Source: Deltaproteobacteria bacterium (lineage in GTDB: Bacteria; Myxococcota_A; Polyangia; Polyangiales; Houyiibacteriaceae). From it: a stretch of DNA of 64,000 nt. Location: the NCBI GenBank assembly GCA_034670305.1, contig JAXMNT010000009.1, positions 128,001 to 192,000 on the forward strand. The letters run 5' to 3'. Positions 42,477 through 53,691 of this stretch are shown one piece after another (the stretch's first letter is position 1; each line of letters begins with the position of its first letter). Made by a program: the position numbers and the translations under genes. The notes under the pieces were generated by a model, which made no database searches, was not told the DNA's origin, and was given only the letters and a program-made list of their open reading frames with translations.

Positions 42477-43571
42477 ATGGGGGAAGTGGACTTCAGCGGA
42501 AAGGCGGACCGCGCTTCGCAGTCCTCGGTGCGTCCTCGACGCGACCGCCGCAGCTCCATCACGATCAGTCAGCAGGCCTACGACCATCTGCTTCGTCGTC
42601 CGCTGGACCCGAGCTTGCTCGACGGTGCGACGAACGCCCTGGAGAACGCGCTTGGTCTGAAGGGCGGAGAGAGACTCGTTCTCATCGTCGAGACCGGTTC
42701 GGAAGCGATCGGCACCGCGTTCGTGCGTGGGTGCGAGACACTCGCGCTTCAGACGCGCACCTACGTGGTCGGCTTCAAGGAGTCCGAGTCCGATGGGTTC
42801 CGCGCCCGCTTGTACGAACAACTCGACGGCGCCGACGCGAGCATCCTGATCGGCACCGTCGGCGGGTTGTCTCCGGAGTTCAGGCGCGAAGTCTGCACCC
42901 GGCCGGGCCGGCGGCGCCATGCGCACATGGTGGGCGTGACCGTCGAGATGATGCGCCAGTCCATGCGGGCCGACTGGGTGGATGTGCATCGACTCGGCGA
43001 GCAACTCAAACGCCATTTGTTGAACGTCCAGACGATCGAGATCACCTCCGGTCCGCTCGACGTGCTCCGGGTTCAGACCGATCCACGGTGCCGCTGGCAC
43101 AACGGAAGTGGCCTGTTGCGCAAACCGGGCTTCGCCAACTTGCCTGGGGGTGAGGTGGCGACCTCGCCCGGCATCGTCTCCGGGAGCTTTCGCGCCGACG
43201 GCGGTGCCTTCCTGCCCGACGGAAGTGTCTTGCGCACGCCGCTTCGTCTCGTGTTCGAGCGCGGGGTGCTCGTCGATGTCGAAGGCCATGGGCGGGAGCG
43301 GGTGCTTGACGCCGTCGACGCCGATCTCGACGGCCGCCGCATCGGCCAGATCGCATTCGGCACCAACACCAACGTGCTCACGCCGATCGGCGCGATGCTG
43401 CAAGACCTCAAGATGCCGGGCTGTCACTTGGTGCTCGGCTACACGTGCCCGGAGCTCACCGGCGCGACCTGGACGAGCACCGTGATGGTTCCGCTGGTCT
43501 GCCGCCGGCCCGACGTCGTCGCGGACGGCGAGCCCCTGATGGTCCGCGGCCGCTACACCCGCTTGCTCTGA
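42477..43571 (+). CDS. Aminopeptidase M29 (thermophilic metalloprotease)-like protein
   Basis: NLPGGEV.TSP, IGQIAFGTN, DLK.PGCHLVLG pattern. Confidence 0.7.
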   Translation: MGEVDFSGKADRASQSSVRPRRDRRSSITISQQAYDHLLRRPLDPSLLDGATNALENALGLKGGERLVLIVETGSEAIGTAFVRGCETLALQTRTYVVGFKESESDGFRARLYEQLDGADASILIGTVGGLSPEFRREVCTRPGRRRHAHMVGVTVEMMRQSMRADWVDVHRLGEQLKRHLLNVQTIEITSGPLDVLRVQTDPRCRWHNGSGLLRKPGFANLPGGEVATSPGIVSGSFRADGGAFLPDGSVLRTPLRLVFERGVLVDVEGHGRERVLDAVDADLDGRRIGQIAFGTNTNVLTPIGAMLQDLKMPGCHLVLGYTCPELTGATWTSTVMVPLVCRRPDVVADGEPLMVRGRYTRLL

Positions 43572-43573
43572 CC

Positions 43574-44086
43574 ATGTGGAGCCAGCTGGAAGCAGCGCTG
43601 CTCGCACAGGGCTGGAAGAGCGACACGCCCCAGCCGCCCGCCGTGGCCAGTGCGGCGCTCGAACGAGCCGACGGATGTCGGTTGGTGATTGAACAGCGCC
43701 CCAGCGGCTCCGCCGCGTTCGCCTTCTGGCTGTGGGTGCTCGAAGGCCGACAAGCGCGTGCGTTCGGACTCCCGCTGACGGACGCGAACTGGGATGCGGT
43801 CGTCGCCGAGCTTCGAGCGCACCAGGACGCCGTGACCACCGGCAACTACTTCACCGCGTACCTCGCGCTCCAGAAGGTCTGCGAAGTCTCCATCATGGCC
43901 TGGGAGCAGTTCGAAGGTGGCCCACCGTTCGGTTCCGGAGCCAGCACTGCGACTCCCAGAAGCACTGCGACTCCCGAGGCCAGCCCCGCGACTCCCGAGG
44001 CCAGCACGGCGACTCCCGAGGCCAGCACTGCGACCAGCGGTTGGGGCAACCCTGAGCGATCGGACCCGGGCAAGAAGGGCTGGTAG
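43574..44086 (+). CDS. Hypothetical protein with C-terminal 21-bp (ASTATPE) tandem repeats
   Basis: ATG 2 nt after the upstream stop; about five heptapeptide repeats at 43940-44037. Confidence 0.65.
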   Translation: MWSQLEAALLAQGWKSDTPQPPAVASAALERADGCRLVIEQRPSGSAAFAFWLWVLEGRQARAFGLPLTDANWDAVVAELRAHQDAVTTGNYFTAYLALQKVCEVSIMAWEQFEGGPPFGSGASTATPRSTATPEASPATPEASTATPEASTATSGWGNPERSDPGKKGW

Positions 44087-44202
44087 GACCCGGCATCGCC
44101 AGGCGGGTTTCCCGGTCGGGTTTCGAAGTCGGGTTTTCGAAGTCGGGGACCCGGCGGGACTCGTAAGCGACAGCCGCGACCTTTCGGTGAGAAGCTGAGG
44201 GC

Positions 44203-45693
44203 ATGCTTCGTTGCAGCGCCCTCCTCTTCGTTCTCTGTGGGTCCACCATCGCTTCGGCGGATGATCTTCACGTCGCCCCCGGTGGCAGCGGGGACGGCAC
44301 CCTCGCGTCCCCGTTCGGTTCCGTCGCCGACGGACTCGCCGCCGCGGTCGATGGCGACCGCGTGCTCCTGCACGAAGGCGACTACGGGGACGTGACGGTG
44401 TCCGGCGAGTTCGGTGCCGACACCTTCGTCGAACCGTACGAAGACGACGCGCCGCGCCTGCGCACCTTGCTCGTGCAGAACGCACGCAACGTCGTCGTGC
44501 GCGGACTCTCGATCAGCCTTTCGCACGCAGAGACGTACGCGTCGGACACGATGGTGACGGTGCGCGGGTCGTCGAACGTGACGATCGAAGACAACGACAT
44601 CTTCTCGGTCGACGACGCCACGACCGCGGGCTGGAGCGCGACCGATTGGGCCGACCTGCCGGGCACCGGCATCAGTCTGCGCACCGGCGACGTGACCTTG
44701 CGCAACAACCGTGTGCGCAACGTCGGCTACGGCATCTCGGTCGCGCACGACGCGCCGAACGCGCACGTGGTGTCGAACCTGGTGGAGAACTTCTCCCGCG
44801 ACGGATTGCGGGGCATCGGCGACTACGGCGTCTTCGAATTCAATACCGTGAAGAACGCATACGACGTCGACGACCACCACGACGACTTCTTCCAGTCGTG
44901 GTCCGTCGGCGAAGACGGCGCGCCCGGCACCGGCGTCGTGCGTGGCGTCGTCCTGCGCGGCAACCTCTTCATCAACTTCGACGATCCCGACCAACCCTTC
45001 GCCGGCGCAGCGCAAGGCATCGGCTGCTTCGACGGGTTCTTCGAGGACTGGGTGGTCGAGAACAACGTCGTCATCGTGAACCACTGGCACGGCATCACCT
45101 TCCTCGGCGCGCGCAACATGCGCATCGTCAACAACACCGTGCTCGACAACCGCCGCGGCGAACGACCCGGTCCGCCCTGGATCATGGTCTCGAGCCACAA
45201 AGACGGAACCCGCAGCGAAGACATCGTCATCCGCAACAACCTCGCGGAGACCATCACCCTCGAGGACTCGGACCGCGCCGTGGAAGACCACAACATGGGC
45301 TTCGACGATCCCGCCGCGGTGTTCGTCGATCCCGCCGGCTTCGACCTGCATCTGTTGCCGGGCGTCGCTGCCATCGACTCCGGAAGCGCCGAGATGGCGC
45401 CCGGCTTCGACCGCGACAACGTGCCGCGACCGCAAGGCGACGGGCACGACATCGGCGCCTACGAATGGCATGACGGAACGGTGGTGACCCCCGACGGCGG
45501 CGCGCCGATCGACGCAGGACCACGGCCTGACGCGGCGCTCGGGCCGGACGCCGGCGCCGAGCGCGACGGCGGCGTGGGAGCCGATGCGGGCACCGGGCCA
45601 GGCGATGGCGGTTGCGGCTGCCGCACCACCACCGCCGACCCCCACGCCGCGTGGCTCCTGCTCGGCCTGTTCTGGTTCAGACGCCGCCAGTAG
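44203..45693 (+). CDS. Secreted right-handed parallel beta-helix protein with MYXO-CTERM sorting signal
   Basis: Signal peptide, N/I/V-rich beta-helix repeats, DLHL...AID.G...DIGAYE, C-terminal GGCGC...[12 protein letters not shown]. Confidence 0.85.
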   Translation: MLRCSALLFVLCGSTIASADDLHVAPGGSGDGTLASPFGSVADGLAAAVDGDRVLLHEGDYGDVTVSGEFGADTFVEPYEDDAPRLRTLLVQNARNVVVRGLSISLSHAETYASDTMVTVRGSSNVTIEDNDIFSVDDATTAGWSATDWADLPGTGISLRTGDVTLRNNRVRNVGYGISVAHDAPNAHVVSNLVENFSRDGLRGIGDYGVFEFNTVKNAYDVDDHHDDFFQSWSVGEDGAPGTGVVRGVVLRGNLFINFDDPDQPFAGAAQGIGCFDGFFEDWVVENNVVIVNHWHGITFLGARNMRIVNNTVLDNRRGERPGPPWIMVSSHKDGTRSEDIVIRNNLAETITLEDSDRAVEDHNMGFDDPAAVFVDPAGFDLHLLPGVAAIDSGSAEMAPGFDRDNVPRPQGDGHDIGAYEWHDGTVVTPDGGAPIDAGPRPDAALGPDAGAERDGGVGADAGTGPGDGGCGCRTTTADPHAAWLLLGLFWFRRRQ

Positions 45694-45704
45694 AGCGTCG
45701 GGTT

Positions 45705-45890
<186 letters not shown>

Positions 45891-45980
45891 TTCTGCTTCG
45901 GCTGTTGCTTACGCAACCACTTCCATAAGCAACCGCCCGCTTTGTTGCCGCGCCGGCGCCGCGGACGCTACGCAGGAACC

Positions 45981-46937
45981 ATGCGTGGGTCGATCGCAGC
46001 TGCATTGGTGTGTCTGACGTGGTTCGCCGTCGTCGCGCGGGCGGACGAACCTGTCGCGGCGGAGCCACCCGCGCCGGAGCCCTCGGTGTCGCCGGCCGAC
46101 CCGAGCCCGTGTCTGCGGCCGCCCGTGAACATTCGGCGGCGGCACATCGAAGACGCCATCCGGATCGCGCTCACCACCTGCGACGGCGCACCGAACTTGG
46201 CGGTGCTCGACGAGCTGAGCGCCCTCGCGCGTCCGCGCACGACGCCGCGCCCCACCCGCGAGGCGATGGAAGCCTACCGTGAGGCGCATCCCGACCACAC
46301 GAGCTGGCTCGTGCAGGGCAGCCGGCGACTTCACGAGGGGCTGCTGGTGCGCTTGCAAGCGTTGGCGGATCGGTGGCCAGATCGGGGCATCGAGATCAAC
46401 TCCGGCTACCGGCCGAACGCGCGGCGCGGGAGCCGCCATCGGACGGGGCGGGCGCTCGATCTCTCGGTCGATGGAGTGCACCGAGAAGAGGTGGCGGCCT
46501 TCGCGCGTTCGTTCGCCGACACCGGCGTCGGCTACTACCCGCGCAGCACCTTCACCCACATCGACGTGCGCGACGCGTCCTACCACTGGGTGGATCGCAG
46601 CGGGCCGGGCGAGCCGCCCGACTACGGCCCGTGGCCCGCGAGCGATGCGGAACAGGACGAGACCCGCAACGTGGTGCTCGCCAGCATCGACGCGGCGCTC
46701 GCAGACCTGGCCGACTCACCGTTCGCGACCGACGCACCTGCGCCGAGCCCGGCGTCCAGCGAATCGACGCCCGCCCCGGATGCCGCGTACACCCGCGCGG
46801 TTCGAGACGAAGCGCTGGCGGCGATCGAACGGGCGGCGCGCGCGCCGGTTCAGGTTCGTCCTCCGCCGACGCCCGCGCCGGTCACGTACACCCAGGTGCA
46901 CGAAGACACCCCGCCCAGCTGGGACCCGCCGTGGTGA
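45981..46937 (+). CDS. Peptidase M15 / YcbK (DUF882)-family protein
   Basis: INSGYR, SRH..GRALD, GVGYYP...FTHIDVR; signal peptide. Confidence 0.85.
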   Translation: MRGSIAAALVCLTWFAVVARADEPVAAEPPAPEPSVSPADPSPCLRPPVNIRRRHIEDAIRIALTTCDGAPNLAVLDELSALARPRTTPRPTREAMEAYREAHPDHTSWLVQGSRRLHEGLLVRLQALADRWPDRGIEINSGYRPNARRGSRHRTGRALDLSVDGVHREEVAAFARSFADTGVGYYPRSTFTHIDVRDASYHWVDRSGPGEPPDYGPWPASDAEQDETRNVVLASIDAALADLADSPFATDAPAPSPASSESTPAPDAAYTRAVRDEALAAIERAARAPVQVRPPPTPAPVTYTQVHEDTPPSWDPPW

Positions 46938-46984
46938 TGGGGTAGGGGCGGGTTGCGTCAGAATGTGAGTGGCTGAGCTGCTCG

Positions 46985-47302
46985 TCTGTCGCTGTGGCTG
47001 GTTCTGTCGCTGTCGCTGGTTCTGTCGCTGTCGCTGGTTCTGTCGCTGTCGCTGTCGCTGGTTCTGTCGCTGTCGCTGTGGCTGGTTCTGTCGCTGTCGC
47101 TGTTGTCCCCTGAAGCCGAAACCGATCGCCGAGGCCGAATCCGATCCCCGACGCCCCGATCCGAGAGTCCGGGCCGAAGCCGAAGCCGATGCCGAAGCCG
47201 ACGCCCGACGCCGAAGCCGATGCCGAAGCCGAAGCCGAAGCCGATGCCGATGCCGAGGCCGATGCCGATGCCGATGCCGATGCCGATGCCGATGCCGAGG
47301 CC
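46985..47302. repeat. Compound hexamer arrays: (TGTCGC/TGGTTC)n then (GCCGAA/GCCGAT)n
   Basis: Directly visible between convergent genes. Confidence 0.9.
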
Positions 47303-47404
47303 GACTCCCGCAGCTTCCGCGCCCCTTCCCGGTTGGCTGGCCCGTGGGTTGTTCGACCGTAGCGGTCTGGCGCCGCGTAAAGGAGGCCTTTCGCTTCCAA
47401 GCCC

Positions 47405-49411
47405 CTACGGCCGGCTGACGGCGACTTCGAGGCTGTAGGCGCCTTCGTTGCCGGTGCGGAATCCGTCGACGACGACGAAGTAGGTGCCGGGGTCGAGGGT
47501 CTGCTCGATGCGGGAGTGGCGGTTGTCGCCTTCGTCGTCGTTGCACGCGACCTCGGTGGTCTGGTCGGTGCAATCGCGCCGCAGATGCAGGGCGCCGTCG
47601 TAGTCGCTCGACATGTCGATGCGCACGCGGGAGCGGCGCGTGATGCGGAGCCGGTAGAGCACGTCGTTGCTGCCGGCGTTGCCAGCGCAGCTCGCCTGGA
47701 AGTCGTCGCTGCCGCCGCTCGTGTTGCCGTTGACGGTGCGGCCGGGCCGGAGGAGCGGCGCGGTGCGGCAGGCGCGTTCGAGTGCCTGCAGGTCGGTGAC
47801 CTGCACGTTGACGGTGGCGGAGCCGAACGTGTCGGGGCGCGCGCCGTCGAACACGAGGTTGTAGCGACCGGCGGGCAAGGTCGCGGTCATCGTCGTCTCG
47901 TTCTGCCCCGCCGCGGCGCCTTCGATGGCGGTGCACTGGACTTCGGTGTTCGCCTGACCGCAGGTGCGCTGGAAGTACATGGCGCCCGCGAACTCGGACT
48001 CGCGTACTTTCACTTCGACCTGCGAGCGGTTCGCGAGCGTCATCGCGTAGACGACGTCGGCGCCGCCCTGACCACCGCAGGATCCGCTCAGGTCGTCTGC
48101 GGCTTCGAACGTGTCGATGACGATGTCTTGCCCAGGCGTGAGGTTGGCGACGTTGCCGCAGGAGTCTCCGGTCGCGGTGCCGCCGGCTGGGGACGCGAGG
48201 TCGGCGGTCAGCGAGAAGTTGCCGGTCACCGCCTGCTGCGCGGTGTAGCCGTCGGAGTAGATGAAGTAGCGGCCGGGATCCACGACGGAGGTCACGAGGC
48301 TTCGGCGGGTGTCGACGAAGTCGTCGTTGCACGCGATCTCGGTCGTCGCGTCGTCGCATTGGGTGCGCACGTAGAGCACGCCGTCGTGGTCGCTGTTCTG
48401 GCGCACCCGGAGCCGACTGCGCTGCGGCACATCGAGCGCGTAGACGCGATCGGGAGAACGCGCGCCGCCCGCGCACGTCGCCTGGAAGTAGTCTGCGGCG
48501 CCCTGGGTGGTGTTCTGGACCTGCTGCCCAACGACCAGGTTGGTCGCTCCCTGGCACATCTGGGCCACGGTCTGCAGCGGCGTCGTGCTCACCATCAACT
48601 CGTAGGCACCGGCAGCGTCGCCATAGCCGTCGACGACCAAGTAGTAGGTGCCCGGGTCCAAGGTCAGATCGAGGCGCGAGTGTTCTGTGTCGCCTGCGTC
48701 GTCGTTGCAGTCGACCATGGTCGAGACCTGGCCGCACTCACGCAGGACGTAGAGCGCGCCGTCGTAGCTCGAGGACAGAGAGAAAGAGATCTGTGCGCGC
48801 TGCTCGACGTTGAGCCGGTAGACGCGTTCGGGGGCGTTGCCGGTCGCGCAGGGTCCGGTCGTGACCGAGGGCGCGCCGGTGGTGTCGCCTGTGACCGGCT
48901 GACCCATCGTGATCTCGTACGGCTCGCCGCAGCTGCCCGCGCCTCCAGAAGCCACCATCATCCGGTTGTTGCCAGTTGAGGGCAGTACGCCGCGGGGTGC
49001 GCCCGACCAGCTCGAGACCAAGAACCCGCCGGAGCCTTCGGTCATCGTGACGATGAGCTGGTAGTCGCCGGTGCGCTCTGGACAGACCTGGGCGGCCGCC
49101 TGGCGATCGTGGGTGACGTCGCGGCCGACTTCGAGGTCGCCCTCTCCGACGATGCGAATGTCGAGGTCGCGGACCCCGCTGTCTCCGAGCCCGATGAAGG
49201 TGTAACAATCGCCGCCACGCAGCGCGAGGTCGAGCCGCGCATCGGCGCCTTCCGGCAGCGAGCCCTGGCTGATCGGCCCGGTCTGCGCCAACCCCATGGC
49301 GCTCATGGCGTTGTGCACGGCCACGAACCTCGGCTCCATCTGGGTGGTTCCACCGCAGGAGCTCGCGAGAACGAGGGCGATGGGGAGGGCGAGGTAAGAG
49401 CGGGCGTGCAT
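47405..49411 (-). CDS. Lipoprotein with multiple PPC (pre-peptidase C-terminal)-like repeats
   Basis: LASSC lipobox; repeated DG.LY....C.....ACNDD....L.PGTY..VVDG units. Confidence 0.82.
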   Translation of the reverse strand: MHARSYLALPIALVLASSCGGTTQMEPRFVAVHNAMSAMGLAQTGPISQGSLPEGADARLDLALRGGDCYTFIGLGDSGVRDLDIRIVGEGDLEVGRDVTHDRQAAAQVCPERTGDYQLIVTMTEGSGGFLVSSWSGAPRGVLPSTGNNRMMVASGGAGSCGEPYEITMGQPVTGDTTGAPSVTTGPCATGNAPERVYRLNVEQRAQISFSLSSSYDGALYVLRECGQVSTMVDCNDDAGDTEHSRLDLTLDPGTYYLVVDGYGDAAGAYELMVSTTPLQTVAQMCQGATNLVVGQQVQNTTQGAADYFQATCAGGARSPDRVYALDVPQRSRLRVRQNSDHDGVLYVRTQCDDATTEIACNDDFVDTRRSLVTSVVDPGRYFIYSDGYTAQQAVTGNFSLTADLASPAGGTATGDSCGNVANLTPGQDIVIDTFEAADDLSGSCGGQGGADVVYAMTLANRSQVEVKVRESEFAGAMYFQRTCGQANTEVQCTAIEGAAAGQNETTMTATLPAGRYNLVFDGARPDTFGSATVNVQVTDLQALERACRTAPLLRPGRTVNGNTSGGSDDFQASCAGNAGSNDVLYRLRITRRSRVRIDMSSDYDGALHLRRDCTDQTTEVACNDDEGDNRHSRIEQTLDPGTYFVVVDGFRTGNEGAYSLEVAVSRP

Positions 49412-49472
49412 GGAGTTCCTTGGACAGCGAAGGGCGCGATTGCTTGGGCGCGATGCGGCTGCAGCGGTGGTG

Positions 49473-50630
49473 TCAGAGCAGTTTACGGAAGAGGTGGAAG
49501 AAGTTCTCAAAGAAACGGTCCCCGAGAGAACGGTAATGGAAGGCTTTCCAGTCCACAGGGGGTGCCCGCTCCAGATCCAGAAGGAATTGTTGCTCGCAGG
49601 CCCCGGCCACGTCCGGATCCTCCACGGACACCGCCACCTCGAGGTTGAAACGCCAGGACCGGTAGTCGAGGTTGTAGGTGCCTACGGTGCACCAGGACCC
49701 GTCCACGACGGCGGTCTTGGCGTGCAGGATCTCGCCGCCCCATTCGTGCAGGTGGACGCCTCGCGCGTGGAACCACGCGTACTTCTTCCGGCTGGCGTGG
49801 TGCACGGCGAAGATGTCGTTCTTGCCGGGCACGATGATGCGAACTTCCACCCCCCGCGCCGCCGCTCGGGTCAGGGCCAGACGGATGCGTCGATCCGGCA
49901 CGAAGTAGCTGTTGGTCACGTACACGCATCGGCGCGCGGCGCGGATGCGGCGCAAGTACTCGGCTCGGATGGCGCGCCGTTCGCCGAAGTAGTGGTTGGC
50001 CAACACCCGGACCGCAGCCTGGCCGGCTTCTTTGGAGACCTCTTCCTTCATGGGCGACGCGCCTTTGGTGAGCGAGCCGATGCCGTGAAAGAAGATCCGC
50101 CGCATCTGGGCGACCGAGGGCCCACGGATCCGGATCATGTCGTCCCGCCAGCCACCGCCTCCGTCTTCGAGCGAAGCCCAGGGGTCTCCGATGTTGACGC
50201 CCCCGGTGAATCCGACTTCCCGATCGACGATCAACATCTTGCGGTGGTTGCGGCGATTGACGACGCCGATGCGGAACCGGCGACGCCACGGCGCGATGGG
50301 GTTGTACTCGTGGACTTCGACCCCCTCGGCGCGCAGGCGCTGCCACATGGCTGGGTCCGCCTCGAAACTGCCAACCGCGTCGTACACGACCACGACCCGC
50401 ACGCCGGCCTTGGCGCGCGCGATCAGCGCGTTCGCGAACCGCTGCCCAGTTCGGTCGGAGCCGAACCAGTACATCTCCAGCAGGATCTCGGAGCGGGCCC
50501 CGGCGATCGCTTCCAGCATCGCCGGGTAACACTCTTCGCCGTCGTGCAAGAGCGAGACGGAGTGTCCGCCTGCGAGTCCTTCGAAGCCTTCGGTGGACCC
50601 GAAGACGTTGCGCAGCTGGCCATACCCCAC
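49473..50630 (-). CDS. clsB: Cardiolipin synthase B / phospholipase D family
   Basis: Two HKD motifs (NHRKMLIVD..GFTGGVN and LHAKTAVVD...VGTYN); no N-terminal TM segments. Confidence 0.85.
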   Translation of the reverse strand: MGYGQLRNVFGSTEGFEGLAGGHSVSLLHDGEECYPAMLEAIAGARSEILLEMYWFGSDRTGQRFANALIARAKAGVRVVVVYDAVGSFEADPAMWQRLRAEGVEVHEYNPIAPWRRRFRIGVVNRRNHRKMLIVDREVGFTGGVNIGDPWASLEDGGGGWRDDMIRIRGPSVAQMRRIFFHGIGSLTKGASPMKEEVSKEAGQAAVRVLANHYFGERRAIRAEYLRRIRAARRCVYVTNSYFVPDRRIRLALTRAAARGVEVRIIVPGKNDIFAVHHASRKKYAWFHARGVHLHEWGGEILHAKTAVVDGSWCTVGTYNLDYRSWRFNLEVAVSVEDPDVAGACEQQFLLDLERAPPVDWKAFHYRSLGDRFFENFFHLFRKLL

Positions 50631-50731
50631 GGCTTACTTGTACCAGCGCGGCGAGATGCCTGGATCCCTGTCGCGTCTGCGGGCCGGGAAGGTGGGGTTC
50701 ATAGGGACGCGCGCGAAGAAGCGCGCGGTGG

Positions 50732-51661
50732 TCAGATGTGGAACGTCAGGTGCGCGTGGATCCGCATCTGCAGTCCGACCGCGTCGCCGTTCTCTTCTAG
50801 GTCGACCGAACCGGCGGAGCCGGCCATCGAGATGCCTTGGCGGGTCATGTTGAGAAAGACCGCGTCGAACCCGGCGCCGAGGGAGACGACCCGGCCGAGT
50901 TTGATGTCGAGGCCGGCCCCGACGTCGAGCTCGAAGCCGTAGACGTCCGTCGTGCTCAAACTCGGGTCCATGTAATCGGCATCGCCCATCCACGCGTAGC
51001 CGAAGCCGGCGCGGATGTAGGGCTGTACACCGGGGATCGGGAAGTGAAGGGCCAGGTCGATGCCCGCGGTGCCGATCTCGAAGCCGAAGTAGCTCGCGAT
51101 CGAAGCGCGTGCGCCGATCGTCAGCCAGTAGAGGCGGAACCCGAGCGCGAGACCCCCGACGATGCCGCTGCCTTCGAGGCGCTCCGCTTCGGGGATGAAG
51201 TTGGTGGAGTCGAACTGGACGATGTTGACGAACGAGTACCCGCCCTGGAGCTCGATCCAGAACACGCCCCAGTCCTCCTCGTCTTCTTCTTCGTCTTCGG
51301 AGGCCTCCGGGTCATCGAGGCTCGACGAACGCGGCCGCGGGGTGGGCGAAGGGGCCGCCCGTGGAGCTGGCGCAGTCGGCTGAAGCTCGGGTTGAGCCTG
51401 AGCCTGCGGTTGCGTCTGCGGCTGCGGCTGAGTCTGCGGCTGAGTCTGCTGCTGTTGCTGAGTCTGCTGCTGTTGCTGAGTCTGCTGCTGTTGCTGCTGC
51501 TGTTGCTGAGTCTGCTGCTGTTGCTGAGTCTGCTGCTGTTGCTGTTGTTGCTGCTGCTGTGGGGGCGGCGCCGGTGTCGGCGGCGGCACCGTCTCGTCCA
51601 CGCCCGCAGCCTGACCCAGCGCCACAGACGAGATCATCGATGATGCCAGCGCCACAACCAT
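50732..51661 (-). CDS. Probable outer-membrane beta-barrel protein with poly-Gln/Pro N-terminal region
   Basis: Signal peptide, (Q/T)n tract, amphipathic beta-strands (QPYIRAGFGYAW). Confidence 0.7.
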   Translation of the reverse strand: MVVALASSMISSVALGQAAGVDETVPPPTPAPPPQQQQQQQQQQTQQQQQTQQQQQQQQQTQQQQQTQQQQQTQPQTQPQPQTQPQAQAQPELQPTAPAPRAAPSPTPRPRSSSLDDPEASEDEEEDEEDWGVFWIELQGGYSFVNIVQFDSTNFIPEAERLEGSGIVGGLALGFRLYWLTIGARASIASYFGFEIGTAGIDLALHFPIPGVQPYIRAGFGYAWMGDADYMDPSLSTTDVYGFELDVGAGLDIKLGRVVSLGAGFDAVFLNMTRQGISMAGSAGSVDLEENGDAVGLQMRIHAHLTFHI

Positions 51662-51678
51662 GCGCGTGCGCCAGCGAC

Positions 51679-51867
51679 TCACGAGGGATCCTCGAGCTTG
51701 GTCTGCATCACTTCGGCCAACGCGATCGCGTCCAGCTCGTCCTCGGGAACCGTTGGTACGGCATACGCCCCCTCGAACCAGCTGCCGAGGTCGGCGCTTC
51801 GGCAGCGGCGGGAACAGAAGGGGCGAACTTCGGGGTCGCGCGGTTTTCCGCAGATGGGACAAGTCAT
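51679..51867 (-). CDS. yacG: DNA gyrase inhibitor YacG
   Basis: CPICGK...PFCSRRCRSADLGSW; 62 aa at the 3' end of a spurious long ORF. Confidence 0.93.
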   Translation of the reverse strand: MTCPICGKPRDPEVRPFCSRRCRSADLGSWFEGAYAVPTVPEDELDAIALAEVMQTKLEDPS

Positions 51868-51972
51868 GCAGTGAGGGTAGCAGGCCGAAGAGGCCGGGGA
51901 GGAGACCCGAAGCCAGAGGCGTGATCTCCCCGAAAACTTCGGCGCTTCGCCCCGCTCACGTAGGGTCGGGCG

Positions 51973-53691
51973 GTGTTGCGTATGCTCGCATGGGTCGCGG
52001 TGTGGGCGCTGTGGACCACCCCCACCGCGCTCGCGTGGACCGATGCTCAGGTCCAGACCGCCCGGGTGCGCGTGGAGGTCGATCCGCAGGCGCAAGCCAC
52101 GGTCCAGGTCGAGTTGCGGGTGGAGGTTCGCGCGGGCTGGCTCGAGGGGCTCGAGGTGGCCGGGTTCGACGACGCGCTTCGGCTCGACGACGAGTCGGTG
52201 CGGTTCGAGGGCACCGAAGAAGAGGGCAGCTTTCACCCACGGGTCCGGCGCCGGGACGACGGCCGGATCCAGTTTCGATTCGAGCGCCGACACGCACCGC
52301 GCCGTGGCGCCTACCGGGTGTTGTTCAGCTACGTCTCCGATCTCACCTCGGTGCTCCGGCCCGTGGCGGAAGACGAGTCGCATCTGCATGTCGAGTGGAC
52401 ACTGCCCGGCTGGCGCTCCGGATTGGACGGAGTCGAGATCGCGCTGGTCTTGCCGGGCGACGCGATCTTTGGTGCCGACGAGTCCGAGCGGGCGACCGTG
52501 CAGCGGGACCGGACGACCATCGGCGGACAGACCCAGCTGGCTTGGCGCCGCGCGCACCTCCCACGCACGTTGCCGTGGCGGGTGACGGCGGCGGTGTCCC
52601 GAAGTGCGATGGATCCACAGGTCGTGACCGCCGCCACCGTACCCGCGCTCGCGACGCCGGCTGAACAGGACGCGGAACCACTGGAACCCGTGGTTGGCGC
52701 TCCGACCCGCGAAGCGACCGCGAGCGCTACTCGGCCCCTCGCGTTCGGGGCCTTGTTCGTGTTTTGCGGGTTGCTCTTGCTCGCGTTTCGCGCGGAGGCC
52801 ATCCGGCTTCGCGCGAGCCCACGGGGGCTTTTGCCGGGGCCCCTCTGGATCCGGATCACGATGTTGGCGGCCGCCTGTGCCGTCGGCGCGTGGGCGGTCG
52901 CGACAGCGTGGATCTGGGGCGCGGCGACCGCCGCCACGCTCTGCATGGTGATGAAGGAAACGGCCCCGCTGGCGCCGAAGCTCGGGCGCTGGGCCGCACT
53001 CGATGCCGAGGACGTGGACCGCCTGCGTCGCGAGGCGATCCTCGAGCGCGTCCGTCCGCTCTCGTGGTTCGATCCCTCGCGCGCCGCGGGCGTGGCGGTC
53101 TGGGTCGCGGGCGCGATCGCGATCCGCGCTTGGCTGAGCGCCGGTGCCGCGCTCGAAGATCTGTTGCCCTGCGTGGCCGCGGCGGCGGCTGCGTCTCTGA
53201 CGTGCGGTTGGTCCCGGCTGCCCAAGTCGGTTGCCGAGAAGACGCAGCGCCTTCTCGAGTGGCAGAAACAGCAGCCGAGCCTGCGACTCGTTGGGCACAC
53301 CTCGAGCGGAACCTCCGTGACCCTGCAGGACATCCGCCTGCGCGCGCCGCTCGACTGCGTGCGGGAGGGTTTGTTGCGCCTCGACTTGGTGGTCGCGCGT
53401 TCCGCCCCGATGGGCCTCGTCGTCACCCGCACCGGTTCGGATGCCGAGCACGCGTTGAGCGAAGCCGCGGGCACATCGGCCCCGGATCCCATCGTCGGTC
53501 CAGGCGGCCGGATCGCCCGCACCGCGCTGCTCGCCGACAGCCGTGCGGCCGCCGATCACATCGCAGCGTGGATGCGGGTACTCGAAGTTCCGCTCGAGGC
53601 GGCGCGCACGCAGCCGGCCGAAGCGCCTGGTCCTTCAGTCGACGCTGGGCGGCGCCGGCCCGGACTCGAGTCGTTCCAGGAGCGCGCGTAG
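51973..53691 (+). CDS. Membrane protein with N-terminal extracytoplasmic beta-rich (DUF2207-like) domain
   Basis: Signal peptide, W...GW....VEIALVLP pattern, several TM helices. Confidence 0.6.
   Translation: MLRMLAWVAVWALWTTPTALAWTDAQVQTARVRVEVDPQAQATVQVELRVEVRAGWLEGLEVAGFDDALRLDDESVRFEGTEEEGSFHPRVRRRDDGRIQFRFERRHAPRRGAYRVLFSYVSDLTSVLRPVAEDESHLHVEWTLPGWRSGLDGVEIALVLPGDAIFGADESERATVQRDRTTIGGQTQLAWRRAHLPRTLPWRVTAAVSRSAMDPQVVTAATVPALATPAEQDAEPLEPVVGAPTREATASATRPLAFGALFVFCGLLLLAFRAEAIRLRASPRGLLPGPLWIRITMLAAACAVGAWAVATAWIWGAATAATLCMVMKETAPLAPKLGRWAALDAEDVDRLRREAILERVRPLSWFDPSRAAGVAVWVAGAIAIRAWLSAGAALEDLLPCVAAAAAASLTCGWSRLPKSVAEKTQRLLEWQKQQPSLRLVGHTSSGTSVTLQDIRLRAPLDCVREGLLRLDLVVARSAPMGLVVTRTGSDAEHALSEAAGTSAPDPIVGPGGRIARTALLADSRAAADHIAAWMRVLEVPLEAARTQPAEAPGPSVDAGRRRPGLESFQERA

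Noticed and set aside
44120-44150. Short direct repeat GTCGGGTTT(T)CGAA x2 upstream of the beta-helix gene
   Set aside because: Too short and too few copies to distinguish from chance
51868-53559. 626-aa minus-strand ORF
   Set aside because: Only the last 62 aa (YacG) are credible; the rest is antisense to 51973-53691
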